DNA from: Selaginella moellendorffii
Lineage: Eukaryota; Plantae; Lycopodiophyta
Direction: 5' to 3'
NCBI RefSeq assembly: GCF_000143415.4
Contig: NW_003314433.1
Span: 1 to 42,815 of the forward strand
DNA: 42,815 bases
Made by a program: the position numbers and the translations under genes. The notes under the pieces were generated by a model. It made no database searches and was not told where the DNA came from. It worked only from the letters and a program-made list of their open reading frames with translations. Shown one piece after another: positions 1-10,699 of this stretch. Numbering within the stretch: the stretch's first letter is position 1; each line of letters starts with the position of its first letter.

Positions 1-1256
1 GGCATATGGAAGAGCAACAGATGTGTTGTAAGATGCCGCAGAGAAGCTTGGTTCCTGGAACGCTATGCTGACTGCTTATGCACAAAATGGTTACTTGGAT
101 AAAGCCGCAAGAGATGTTCCATTCCATGCCCGAACTAAGTCTTCTTGCCTGGACAGCAATGCTTTCGGCTTTTACCGCGAAAGGGCATTTTGCTTCTGCT
201 AAGAAAACGTTTGACTCGATGCCAGAGAGAAGCTTTGTGAGTTACAATGCAATGTTGGCATCGTTTGTAAAATTTCGAAAATACGATTCAGCTTTAAATT
301 TGTTTCAAGTGATGCCGGAGAGGAACTTAATATCTTCGACGACTATTCTTACAGCATTAGCTAATGGCAAGCATTTGGAAAAGGCAAAGGAAGTGTTTGA
401 TGGAATGGAGGAGCGTGACATTGTGTCATGGAACGCAATGCTAACCGCGTACGCCCTGTGCAGTGGGCTTGAGGAAGGAAGGATTTTGTTTGATGGAATG
501 CCAAAGAGAAACCTGATATCCTGGAACGCTATGCTGACTGCATATGCTCAAAGCGGGCATCTTGAAGAGTCAAAATTTCTTTTTGACACCATGCCTTTCC
601 AAGACTTGGTAGCTTCGAACACAATGCTGGCTGCGTATGCCGATAATGGAGAGCTTGAGAAGGCTAAATCCATATTTGATGACATCCAGAGTGGAGATAA
701 ATTTTCATGGACAACCCTCTTGGTCGCTAACGTTAACAGAGGCGAGCTAGAGCAAGCAAATGCGATCTTTGTAATGACACCAGAGCATGATATTGTTTCG
801 TGGACTACAATGCTTGGTGCTTATGCAAACCTGGGAAGGTTTCAAGAGGCCATCGAGATCTTTAGCATGATCAAGTTGGTCGATTCACCGGACGCTCCAT
901 GCTTCTTGCTTGTGCTTCTAGTGTGTAGCCATGCCGGGAAAGCAAGCATTGGTCGAGGCTACTTCTTTTCAATGAGAGTCGACTATGGCATCAAGTCGAC
1001 CAAGGAGCACTTCAGCTGCATGGTCGATCTTCTCGGCCGAGGTGGAAGCTTGGGTGACGCTCGAGATCTCATCTCCAGCATGCCTTATGTTCCCGAGAGC
1101 CTTGACTATAGAAGCTTTCTGAGGAGCCAGAGGGATGGAACAACCACACCAATTCAAAGAGAAGCTCGTGATCAATTCAGAGTGGATCTCGACGTGAGAG
1201 AATGCGATGAGAGCTCCTCTTCGTATGTTCTTCTCTCAAGCAGCTTGCTTCCTTGA
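1..1256 (+). CDS. PLS-class PPR protein with E-type extension and no DYW domain; 5' part runs off the window and is frameshifted (possible young pseudogene)
   Basis: Repeated motifs such as MPERNLISWNAMLTAYAQSGHLEESKFLF, followed by an E-like region (CSHAG...HFSCMVDLLGRGG...SYVLLS). Upstream PPR motifs (tggaacgctatgctgactgcttatgcacaaaatggt = WNAMLTAYAQNG) lie in another frame, implying indels near 52 and 105. Confidence 0.9.
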
Positions 1257-1298
1257 AATCAAACATCAAGTGTCCATGAAAGGCTGCTCGAGAGAAAT

Positions 1299-1512
1299 TT
1301 AGCTGCGGATTTCACTCATTATACCAGCACGCTTCTTCTCCAGAGAAGAGATTTGGACATAAGCTGATGAGTTCTTCACGGCTCCAGATTCCAGAGCACG
1401 GCTTGCGACGATAGGCCATACCAGGAAGGAGAGGCAGTAGCTCTTGAGAAAACTCCAAGCATCTCGCCTTCCCGAGCACGTTGATGACACACGAATAGTG
1501 TTGCTTGAGTGT
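1299..1512 (-). pseudogene. 3' fragment of a PPR-E paralog of the 6016-7551 gene
   Basis: LKQHYSCVINVLGKA and ALESGAVKNSSAYV match the C-terminus of 6016-7551; internal deletions and frameshifts. Confidence 0.85.
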
Positions 1513-3074
1513 GATGGAGCTAGCTAGTGTCCCCATTGGGTCTTCTATACATGAGTTTCAACGCTCTGATCCATCTTAAAGATCTAAATTAGATCAGATC
1601 TTCCATTGCTTACACCTGGCCCCGCCCCAGGTTACAATAGCTTGTGGTTTGAGTTTCCTTCAACTGCTGTGTCCAAACAGTAGTCTTCGTAAGCATGTCT
1701 GCTTTGCAATCACATCTCCTCATGCCTGATATCTTCTCAAAGTATGTCGAAGTGTTTGTTCCCCTCAGAGAGTTGTTCATATTCAGCGGGTGTCCGCAGC
1801 TAGAAAAACTGATGTCGTCTCCTTGCAATGTGATGCTACCATTCTCTACTTCTAATCACTGCATTAGTGAATTGAAAAACTGTACCCAATTGCAGAAAAT
1901 GATCGCTTGTTCGGGATTTCATCGCGCCATGCCGCGAAATTTGTTGCCTGGATCACTGGCGGTTCTCTAGATTTCTAAAAAGAACTAGCTGCAAGCCGGG
2001 GTTGCAGAAAGGCTTCAGTTTCGCGCACTGCACGACGTGTAAGTCCTGGCACCGGCTGATAGGAAATGGAGGCAGCCGGGTTTCGATTCTTTGTGACTAG
2101 AGACATTCTCTACATTTTGTGCTGCCAAGTTTCATCTTGCTTTCATTTCGACCTTGGCGTACATGGGTTTTTTTTTTAGATCATTCGTGGTATTTTGATC
2201 TACAAGTTCTACTATATATGCGATTTTTTTCATCTATTCAACGGAGCGGGAGAAGCCGGAGCCCTGGTGCTGCGCCTTGCAGTCCTGGCGCTCTTTGCAA
2301 TCGACGGGATCTTCTGGCCTTCATGGATGCACAGCGCGACGAGCACGAATCTCTCCACCTCGCCCATGCCATTTAACGAAAGCACTTGTCAACTCGTCAA
2401 GGACCATTAAAGTCATGTTGCATTCCATGCCGTTCCATGGACAGGATCGGAAATACTTGGATAGCACCTTGATGAGCTGCTGGAGAGGATGAAGATCGCA
2501 ACTTATTAGGGTGTACTACTCATGAATTTCTCTCTCATTTTTTTTGTTCCCATCAAGGTACAGCTCTCCAAACACTCTTGAAGCACTTTCATTGTCTATA
2601 ATAATGGTTCCACTGTCCAAAACGCAGCAGGCCAGTGCCCTCGATTTTGTGGACTTACATAGAGCAAATGCAGCTGCATAGCAGGGATCCAGTGTGCTAG
2701 AGCGGGATCCTTGACGCCCGACTTTAGCATAGCATCTTTCATTTCCTCCCTGAGTTTCACATCACTGCCTTCACAAACGAAGGCAGCCGATCCTTGCTCA
2801 GATCGGAGAGGAACATTGGCAAGGCATACCTGTTTGAATGCACATAGACATTGTAAATCCCCTCCTTCAACTTGCCATTTAAGTTTGCTACCTCACCAAA
2901 CCAATCCTACCGCCTGGGACAAGTCATTGAATCCTTCATTTTGAGTAGACATGACAAAGTAGAGGCCATACTCCTCCTAAAACAGAAAAGACTAACAATT
3001 CAGCAGCAGCATTACTAGTGGTGCATATCACTTAGACTTAATAGATCGTACACTGATCTCATCTTTCCACAACC

Positions 3075-4100
3075 ATGAGTTCTAGGTCAACGGGAAAATG
3101 CTCGGCAAAATGGAAGAACTAGGCCTGGACCAAACTTACAAAGACCTACACAAGGTGGGATTATGCACCTTCACAGGGGTTGACACTATGATCCAAGAGC
3201 ACTAGATGGCTAATAATTGTGATCAAATAAGAGCTTTCTACAGCCTGGACATTTTGGAACATAGGATGTGAAAATTTCAAACACATTAGTAGTCTTCCAC
3301 ATTGTTAAAAACAATCATGTTTGGAGACACTATACTTGCCTAAGACTTCCCCCTTCCCCATCAGTGGTGGAAGCTAGATGACACTATCATTTACACACTC
3401 CCTAACATAGTCTTTAAACTGGTCTTCACACACTGGAAGGCTACTCCCCATTGTCATCCCTGAATACAAGGAAGTCATGCCAAGCCTTATCCAAATGGAA
3501 AAAAAGACAACATATATAGACTTGGTGGTACCAGAAAGACAATATGCCCAACTTTACTGGTTCTACCAATAGACATTAGAATAACTCCAAATGGGATCTA
3601 GTGGAATGGCAATGGAGGGACACATACAAAAGATTCTTTCAATATGAGACTAAACTCAGCCAGAGAGTGGTTTATACCCTGGTACAAGCCACATTCATTG
3701 AGAAAGCAAGAGGATAATAGATTCACTCCCGAAACTATCTATAGTGCATGAATATGTTGCTGGTCCACTAAGACCCAATACTTCATATGGCTCGCCTAGC
3801 AGAAGTGCCCCCCTCACTCATGGTAATCCACCTTCCAAACACAACTTGCAAACTCTATGAAGCAACTGAGATATAATGCCATATTCTATGAAAATGTTTA
3901 GTGGGAAGGTTCCATGGCAATTCTCAAAAGAATCTCTCAAGACAGCATATCCATAACTTATGAATCAATACTTTGGGGCTGTTTCCTCTAGGGAAAGGCT
4001 AAACACCCGAATGCTTAGAAGTGGAGACATAGTGAGAACCCTTACCTCAACCAACTTAACCAAACATACATACACACTAAGCCTTTTGATGGATGTGGAG
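3075..4100 (+). mobile_element. Heavily degraded, probably transposon-derived coding remnant
   Basis: Stop-riddled, CpG-poor reading frames (MEELGLDQTYKDLHKVGLCTFTGVD...QIRAFYSLD) loosely resembling plant retrotransposon accessory ORFs. No termini found. Confidence 0.3.
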
Positions 4101-4439
4101 ATTTGATTGCTTAGAAGTTTGTTTCAACTTTTGAAATCTTCTTCTTCATGTCTGGGGCATGAGTTAAATCTGTGAACCCAGGCACTTTAACCCAGTGGCA
4201 AACCCATCTAGGAACTTGGATAGCTTAAAAAGACATTAGCCTAGCATAGTGGGGCTACCTTCAAAACATCAATGAGGATTAGAAAGGGAAAACAACCCAG
4301 CGAAAAATGATGTATAGTACTTGTGTGTGAGCAGCCACTCTTGGCACTATCGAGAGATCTCCGGTGAGTAGCTTCCATCCAAGTCACGTTTCCTACGCCT
4401 CAAGAATGTAGCATTTTTTATGAGGATTTCCCAGGTACT

Positions 4440-4690
4440 CCATAAGAGATGCGAGTCACCATTTTGAGCAAGTGTGCATCCTGGCAATCATGTCTTCAAA
4501 GATCTCTTTGAAGCAAGTGAGCAGCAGCCCAAGAAACAATGTTCGTTTTAGGCATAGACGCGAAGGGTTCTGTGGCTTCAGAGAGCAAACCATGACCATG
4601 AAGACAATAAGAATTGCAGTCCATCTAGCTGCCCCCGTAACACTAATTACCAAACATCTCGATCACAGCTTGATGAGAGGTTGATTCGTC
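4440..4690 (-). pseudogene. Highly decayed PPR fragment
   Basis: Minus-strand pieces HGLLSEATEPFASMPKTNIVSWAA, AQNGD and IEMFG resemble PLS PPR motifs. Confidence 0.55.
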
Positions 4691-4779
4691 GCCACCGTAC
4701 CTGATCGCGATTGCGCAGCTGCACGCCGCGCTCGATCTCTGGACGATCCTGCGAATCCGATAGACCATCGCTGATTGCT

Positions 4780-5965
4780 CTAAATCGACGCCAGGAACAC
4801 GGAGTCTATCTCTCCAAGCTAATCAAAATGTATGGCAAGTGTGGAAGCACGAGGTACGCGAAGGGGATTTTCAACGCCATTGCCAGCCGAGGAGCAAGTG
4901 CTGTCCTGATGCTCTCGGCTTTCTGCAAGAACAGACGAAACGAGGTGGCTAGGAATGAGCTCGTCGACTCATCGCCTGGAATACCATGCTCTCCTCATAT
5001 GCCCATTTTGGGCATTTGGAAGAGGCAAAGAAACTGTCTGATGAAATGACACAAAGAATCATGGCGGCTGGAACGCATGCTCGGTGCATATGCACACAAA
5101 TGGTAATTTTGGATAAGGCCTAAAGTTTTCACTTCAGGCCCGAGCTTAGGCCCTTCTTGCCTAGAAGGCAGTTTTTTAACTGAAAAGAAAACTTTTGACG
5201 AGAGAAGCTTTGTGAGCTACAATGCAATGTTGTCAGCGTTTATAAGAGGTGGAAAGCATGACTCAGCATTACAATTGTTTGAAGCAATGCCAGAGAGAAA
5301 TTTGGGCTCGACAACTACTCTATCCTTTGGCGTTAGCCAATTCCGGGCATTTGAAACAGGCAAAAGGAGGTGTTCAATGGGATGGAGGAGCGACATTGTG
5401 TCGTGTGTATGCTCAATGCGTTGAGATAGAGGAGGCAAGGTGTCTGTTTGGAGGCATTGTCTGTTTTTTATATCATGTGGTACCCTCTAACACAATGCTG
5501 GCTGCTTATGCCGATAATGGAAAATTTGAACAAACCAAGTCCATGTTTAAGTTCTCGTGGTTAATCACAAACATCAACTGAGGAGAGCTAGAACGATCTT
5601 TGTTATGTCACCTATGATATCGTTTTGTGGACTGCAATGGTTGGTGCTTATGCAAACCTAGGAAGGTTTCACATCAAGTTCTCACTTGTACTTCTAGTGT
5701 GTAACATGCCAGAAAAGCAAGTGCTGGTCGAGGCTACTTCTTTTCCATGAGTCGACAGTGGCATACTTTAGCTGCGTGGTCGATCTTTTCGGTCGGGGTG
5801 GAAGTTTGGGCGACGCTCAAGAGCTCATCTCTATGTGCCGGAAAGCCTAGGAACCAGAGAGATGGATCATCAACACAAAGAGATTCTGACTTGGGAGGTT
5901 GCAATGATAGCTCTTCTTCATATGTTCTGAAGAACATATGGCTGAAATCTCTCAGCCAGCCTTGA
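4780..5965 (+). pseudogene. PPR pseudogene, paralog of 1-1256
   Basis: Collinear nucleotide similarity (e.g. gagagaagctttgtgagctacaatgcaatgttg; aacacaatgctggctgcttatgccgataatgga; ggtcgaggctacttctttt) with many deletions and frameshifts. N-terminal YLSKLIKMYGKCGS motif. Confidence 0.9.
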
Positions 5966-6015
5966 ATCAAAGATTACATCACCAATACCAGGATGAATGG
6001 CTTCTCGAGAGAGAT

Positions 6016-7551
6016 TTAGCTCCTCATTGTACCGACACACTTCTTCTCCATGGAGAAGAGACTTGCAAGGAGGACATAACCTGACGAGTCCTTCACGGCT
6101 CCAGAGTCAAGAGCACTGCCTGCGACAAAAGCGCCATAGCCAAGAGCTTTGTAACTTCGACACGAGCCCAGGAAGGAGAGCCAGTCCACGGCTTCCGGCA
6201 CAAAAGGCATACAACTCATGAGCTCGTGAGCAAACTCCAAGTATCCCGCCTTTCCAAGCAAGTCAATCACACACGAGTAGTGCTGCTTGAGTGGAGGGAG
6301 GCCAAAATCTTCGACCATGGACACAAAGTGGCATCGTCCTTGGTAAACTTTGCCTTGATGCGCACAAGCTATCATTCCAGAGACAAAAGATACATGATCC
6401 GGGGAGTAAACCATCTTGAGCTCGTGGAAAATCTCCTCGGCAATCTCTGGCTTTCCATTTTGCGTGTAGGCAGCGAGCATAGCACTCCATGAGATGGAAT
6501 CTCGCTGTGGCATTCCTCTAAAAGTTTTTGCAGCGTCTCCAAGATGGCCTCTCTGTGCTTGAGCAGCGAGAATGATCGTCCAGGAGAACACATTCTTCTC
6601 CGGCATAACATCAAAGACTTGCTTCGTCGACTCCAAATCCCCATTCCACACATAAGCACTGGCAAGGCAGTTCCAAGAGACGAGATCACAAACTGGCATG
6701 TTATCAAAAATCTTCTTGGCTTCGTCAAGGTGCCCGTTTTGGGCATACGCCCCCAGCATGGTAGAACACGACGCCATGTCTTGGTGCTGGATTCCATCAA
6801 AAACCAGCCGCGTTTCTTCAATATGCCCAGCTTGGGCATACACTGCGAGCAGTGATGTTAATGCAACTTGGTCTCTTTCAGGCATTAAATCAAAGACTCT
6901 CCTAGACTCTAAAACTAAATATTTTTGGCCATAAGCAACTAGCAAGTTCGTCCACGAAATTACATTTCTTAGCGGCATAGTTTCAAAGAGATATTTAGAT
7001 TTCTCTAAACACCCACAACGGGCATTTGCGGACAATATAGCGTTCCATGATACAAGATCTTTGTCAGGCATGTTATCAAAAAACCAAGTTGCATCGCCAG
7101 CTAGGTGGTTTCGCGCATACAGATCAAGCATTGTGACCCACGAGACGAGATTTCTCGCTGGCATTGTGTCAAAGATTTGTCTCGCTCCCTGCAATTGCCC
7201 GTTCTTGGCAAATGCCGCAAGCATCGCGTTCCAGGCCACCATGTTGGGCTGGGGCATCGCGTCAAAGGTGGATTTGGCCTCTCTCAAGTAGCCATTGCGG
7301 GAGTACGCGTGTAGCAGCAACACCCACGAGAAGTTATCCTTGGCGGCGATTCGATCGAAGGCTTGTTGTGCGTGGAGGACGCTCCCACACCGCCCATACA
7401 TTTCGATGAGCTTGTTGGAGAGGAAGATATCGCGGCTGGAAGAGAAATCCCTGCAATTCACAATGGCTGCGTGTAGATCCTTGGCAGCTGCGAGGGTTTG
7501 GACGCTCTGGACGAGCTCGAGGCATTTTCTCCGATCCCAAGCATTTCCCAT
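6016..7551 (-). CDS. Intact intronless PLS-class PPR protein with E domain (511 aa, no DYW); probable organellar RNA-editing specificity factor
   Basis: Uninterrupted ORF. NKLIEMYGRCGS followed by about 11-12 short (~31 aa) PPR motifs, then ACAHQG...HYSCVIDLLGKAG...WLSFLGSCR...GYVLLA. Confidence 0.95.
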   Translation of the reverse strand: MGNAWDRRKCLELVQSVQTLAAAKDLHAAIVNCRDFSSSRDIFLSNKLIEMYGRCGSVLHAQQAFDRIAAKDNFSWVLLLHAYSRNGYLREAKSTFDAMPQPNMVAWNAMLAAFAKNGQLQGARQIFDTMPARNLVSWVTMLDLYARNHLAGDATWFFDNMPDKDLVSWNAILSANARCGCLEKSKYLFETMPLRNVISWTNLLVAYGQKYLVLESRRVFDLMPERDQVALTSLLAVYAQAGHIEETRLVFDGIQHQDMASCSTMLGAYAQNGHLDEAKKIFDNMPVCDLVSWNCLASAYVWNGDLESTKQVFDVMPEKNVFSWTIILAAQAQRGHLGDAAKTFRGMPQRDSISWSAMLAAYTQNGKPEIAEEIFHELKMVYSPDHVSFVSGMIACAHQGKVYQGRCHFVSMVEDFGLPPLKQHYSCVIDLLGKAGYLEFAHELMSCMPFVPEAVDWLSFLGSCRSYKALGYGAFVAGSALDSGAVKDSSGYVLLASLFSMEKKCVGTMRS

Positions 7552-7689
7552 CCCAACGTGTATAATAGACCCTCATACTTTTCTGCTGAATTATTTGAAT
7601 CCCAAAGTGCGGCGCTCATAAAAAATATCAATCATAGGTTATGTTAATAAGGTGATTTACTATTTGCATTTCTTGGGGATCCTGGAGGT

Positions 7690-8300
7690 GCATAAGCGAC
7701 CGGACATCGCAGGAAGGCTGCGCCTCCACGACGAGATCGCCTTCGAGGAGCTTGGTCGTGACGGTGGCGATGAACGAGCAAGGGCGCTTCTTAAAACTGT
7801 TTACGAGTAGAGAGCTCTTCTTTGTTCTTCGTGGACCGGGACCCGAGCTTGAGCGGTGTCTCCTCCCAGCTCGGGGCATTCAATTCCTCCATACCTGTGG
7901 ATGAGAGCTTTCGGAGCTCTGTGTTGGTGTCACGGAATGTCCGACGGCCACATGAAGACGTGCGCGAGTTTGAATCCCTTCAGCGATGGAAACGGTCGGA
8001 TCGGGAGGATACTCCTGGCAGCCATTTTGATGCACGCCCTTCCCAAACGTACTGTTCGTGGAGAGCATGAAGCAGGAGCCGCCGTTCGTGAACAGGGACG
8101 ACTACCGGGAGTGCTTTGAGAAGGCGCAGGCTGAGCAAGAGTTTGATGCGAGTTATGGCGAACGAGTGCTGAGCTTCACGAAAGAGGGGGCGGTATGCCG
8201 GGTTGATCCGCCACGGGAGCTGGCGGCGCTGGCGATTGAAGGCGTTTACGTGGGGTGGAAGCGCTTTTGTTTCGAGCTCTGGACCAAGCGTTCCAGCTGA
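7690..8300 (+). pseudogene. Fic (Fido) domain AMP-transferase-like gene fragment, frameshifted
   Basis: LNPFSDGNGRIGRILL (motif 7973-8008) matches the Fic motif HPFxDGNGRxxR except His>Asn. Upstream RPDIAGRLRLHDEIAF and downstream RDDYRECFEKAQ lie in other frames. Confidence 0.8.
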
Positions 8301-9336
8301 AGCAAGCAACAGCATGGAAACCGAGGTGGTGGCAGCCGCGACAAGCTGTCGAGACTTAGGCACTATTGTAGCTCCGGATTTCTCTCATTGTACATAAGCT
8401 GACGAGTCCTCCACGGCTCCAGATGCAACAGCACGGCCTGCGACGAAAGAGCCATAGCCAAGGGCTTTGTAGTCCACGGCTTCCGGCACAAAAAGCATGC
8501 AACTCATGAGCTCTTGAGCAAGCTCCAAGTCTTTCCAAGCAAGTCGATCACACACAAGTAGTGGTGTTTGAGTGGAGAGATGCCGAAATCTTCGACCATT
8601 GGACACAAAGTGGCATAGATGGTTTACTCCCCGGATCACGTATGTTTCGTCTCCAAGATCATAGCTTGCACACATCAAGGCAAAGTTTATCAAGGAAGTG
8701 ATCTCGTCAAACATGTCCTCTGGCAATCTTTGGCTTTCCATTTGCGTGTAGGCAGCGAGCATAGCGCTCCATGAGATGGTGGCATTCTTCCAAAAGTGTC
8801 TCCGAGATGGCCTCTCTGTGCCTGAGCAGCGAGAATGATCGTCCAAAAGAACACATTCTTCTCCGGCAAAACATCAAAGACTTGCTTCGTCGCATGTTAT
8901 CAAAGATCTTCCGGGATTCGTCGTCAGGAAAACGTTTTGGGCATACGCTCCCATGTCTTGGTGCTGGATTCCATCGAAACCAGCCCCGTTACTTCCGCAT
9001 ACACTGTGAGCAGTGACATGGTCTGTCTCGAAATCGAAGATTTTAAAACTAAATGCCTTTTTCCATAGCAAGTTCTTCCACGAAATCACATTCATTAGCT
9101 CGTTTACCCTGAATGGCATCTGCGGACAATATTGAGTTCCATGATACAAGATCTTTGTCGGGCATATTGTCAAAGAAGAAAGTTTCACCATCAGGAAAGT
9201 GATTTTGCGCATCTACTGAGGCATTATGCTGCCGTCAGGTCACCATATTAGGCTGCGGCATCGCGTCAAAGGTGGATTTGGTCTCTCTCAAGTATCCACT
9301 GCGAGAGTACGTGTGCAGCAGCAAGCATAGCTTTGA

Positions 9337-9430
9337 AACACGAACACGAACACGAACACGGCATTCAATTTTTTGAACACGAACACAGAACACGGAAATG
9401 AACACGGAAATGAACACGGATAAACACGGG
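9337..9430. repeat. Subterminal AACACG(A/G) repeat array of the hAT element
   Basis: (aacacg)x4 tandem, then several aacacgg copies; matching cgtgtt/aacacg motifs at about 10355-10482. Confidence 0.85.
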
Positions 9431-9465
9431 TGAAAACATGAATATTCTCAAGAATATTCTACTTA

Positions 9466-9951
9466 TCACTCCATCTCATCTAGAAGCTCCTCATTAGCAG
9501 GATCATCATCTTCGTCTTCATCCTCTTCTTCCATAGCTTCAATATTAATATCAGTAATTTGAGGAATATTTCCTGTCTGGCTCAATCCCACAAACTTGTC
9601 ATAGGAAGTGTGGCTCCCTATCAACTTGGTATTACTGGCCACAAATACCAAGTCTGCAATCTGGCTCACTGCTAAGCAATTCCTCTTTTTTAAAGTGATG
9701 TGCCCAAAAATGCTGAACAATTGCTCCACAGATGAGGAAGAACTTGCCTGACTAAGCATTCGAATTGCCAACCTTTGCAAATCTGGACCTGAGTAGCCAT
9801 TGTCCTCCCACCACTGCACAGAACCTTTTGTTGTATGATCCATCTGAGAGTCCCTGGTGCCAAAACTACCTTCCAAGTTCCTGTATTGGCAAAGCTGATT
9901 TTTTATAGTTGACCTTTGCTGATAGTCAGGGAACTGGATCTCCAAGTACAT
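9466..9951 (-). pseudogene. hAT transposase C-terminal dimerisation domain fragment
   Basis: QWWEDNGYSGPDLQRLAIRMLSQASSSSSVEQLFSIFGHITLKKRNCL matches the hAT dimerisation motif; acidic tail follows. Confidence 0.9.
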
Positions 9952-10699
9952 GTTCCAATTTTAGAATCACGCTGTCAATAACACAATTGCAATGCCAAGC
10001 AACTAAGAATCACAGCAATCTACAAAGATGCAGTGCCAAGCAGCTAAGAATTATGGCAGAAGCAATCCAAGGAGAAAATTTGGGAGAGAAAATCTACAAA
10101 TCTGGAGACAATGATCAGGAATTTTTTGCAGCGAAATCAGGTGTGGCTGAGCGCCATTCCTCCCACTCCAGCGCTAGAATCCTAGAGAGGCATTCCCAGC
10201 CCAAGAAAATTGCCATAAATCGCTGGAAAAACCTTTTGATTAATCACAGGAATTTTTGATTGATCACAAGACAAGAAAACATTAAAGCGCAAAATGCTCA
10301 CATGAACCACGTGAGCTATTGTTTTAGAACACAGCATGGTCACATGGTATTTGACCGTGTTTCAACCGTGTTTGGAGCCGTGTTCTGGAGCATTGACCGA
10401 GTCAATGAACACGGCCTGTGTTAACACGGCTGGGGGCCGTGTTCGTGTCACCATGCCAACACGCCGTGGTGCACGGCGTGTTTTGAAGCACTGGCAGCAA
10501 GACCACGAGAACTTATCCTTGACAGGGATTCGATCGAAGGCTTGTTGCGCGTGGAGGACACACCTATATTTCGATGAGCTTATTGAGGAAGATTCCTGAT
10601 TGCAATTCACAATGCGTACATGTAGATCCTTGGCAGCTCTCTGGATGACCTCGAGGCATTTTCTCCGATCCCAAGCATCTCCCATAAAAAAAGCCGAGC

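Larger units (their letters stand above)
9326..10493 (-). mobile_element. Non-autonomous hAT DNA transposon (1168 bp) with 8-bp TSD
   Basis: TSD GCAGCAAG at 9318-9325 and 10494-10501. Imperfect 17-bp TIRs (CATAGCTTTGAAACACG versus revcomp CAGTGCTTCAAAACACG, 13/17 match). AACACG subterminal repeats at both ends. The intact paralog has a single gcagcaa at this site. Confidence 0.93.
8370..10686 (-). pseudogene. PPR pseudogene, near-full-length copy of 6016-7551 interrupted by a hAT element
   Basis: Starts MGDAWDRRKCLE (cf. MGNAWDRRKCLE) and is collinear through ASGAVEDSSAYV, with many deletions. Confidence 0.92.

Noticed and set aside
1530-2950. Exon-like fragments (e.g. GSITLQGDDISFSSCGHP; HSMPFHGQDRKYLD)
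   Set aside because: Probably gene debris, but no family or consistent gene model could be supported.
9337-9430. Short repeat array as CRISPR or microsatellite
   Set aside because: No spacers; explained as hAT subterminal repeats.
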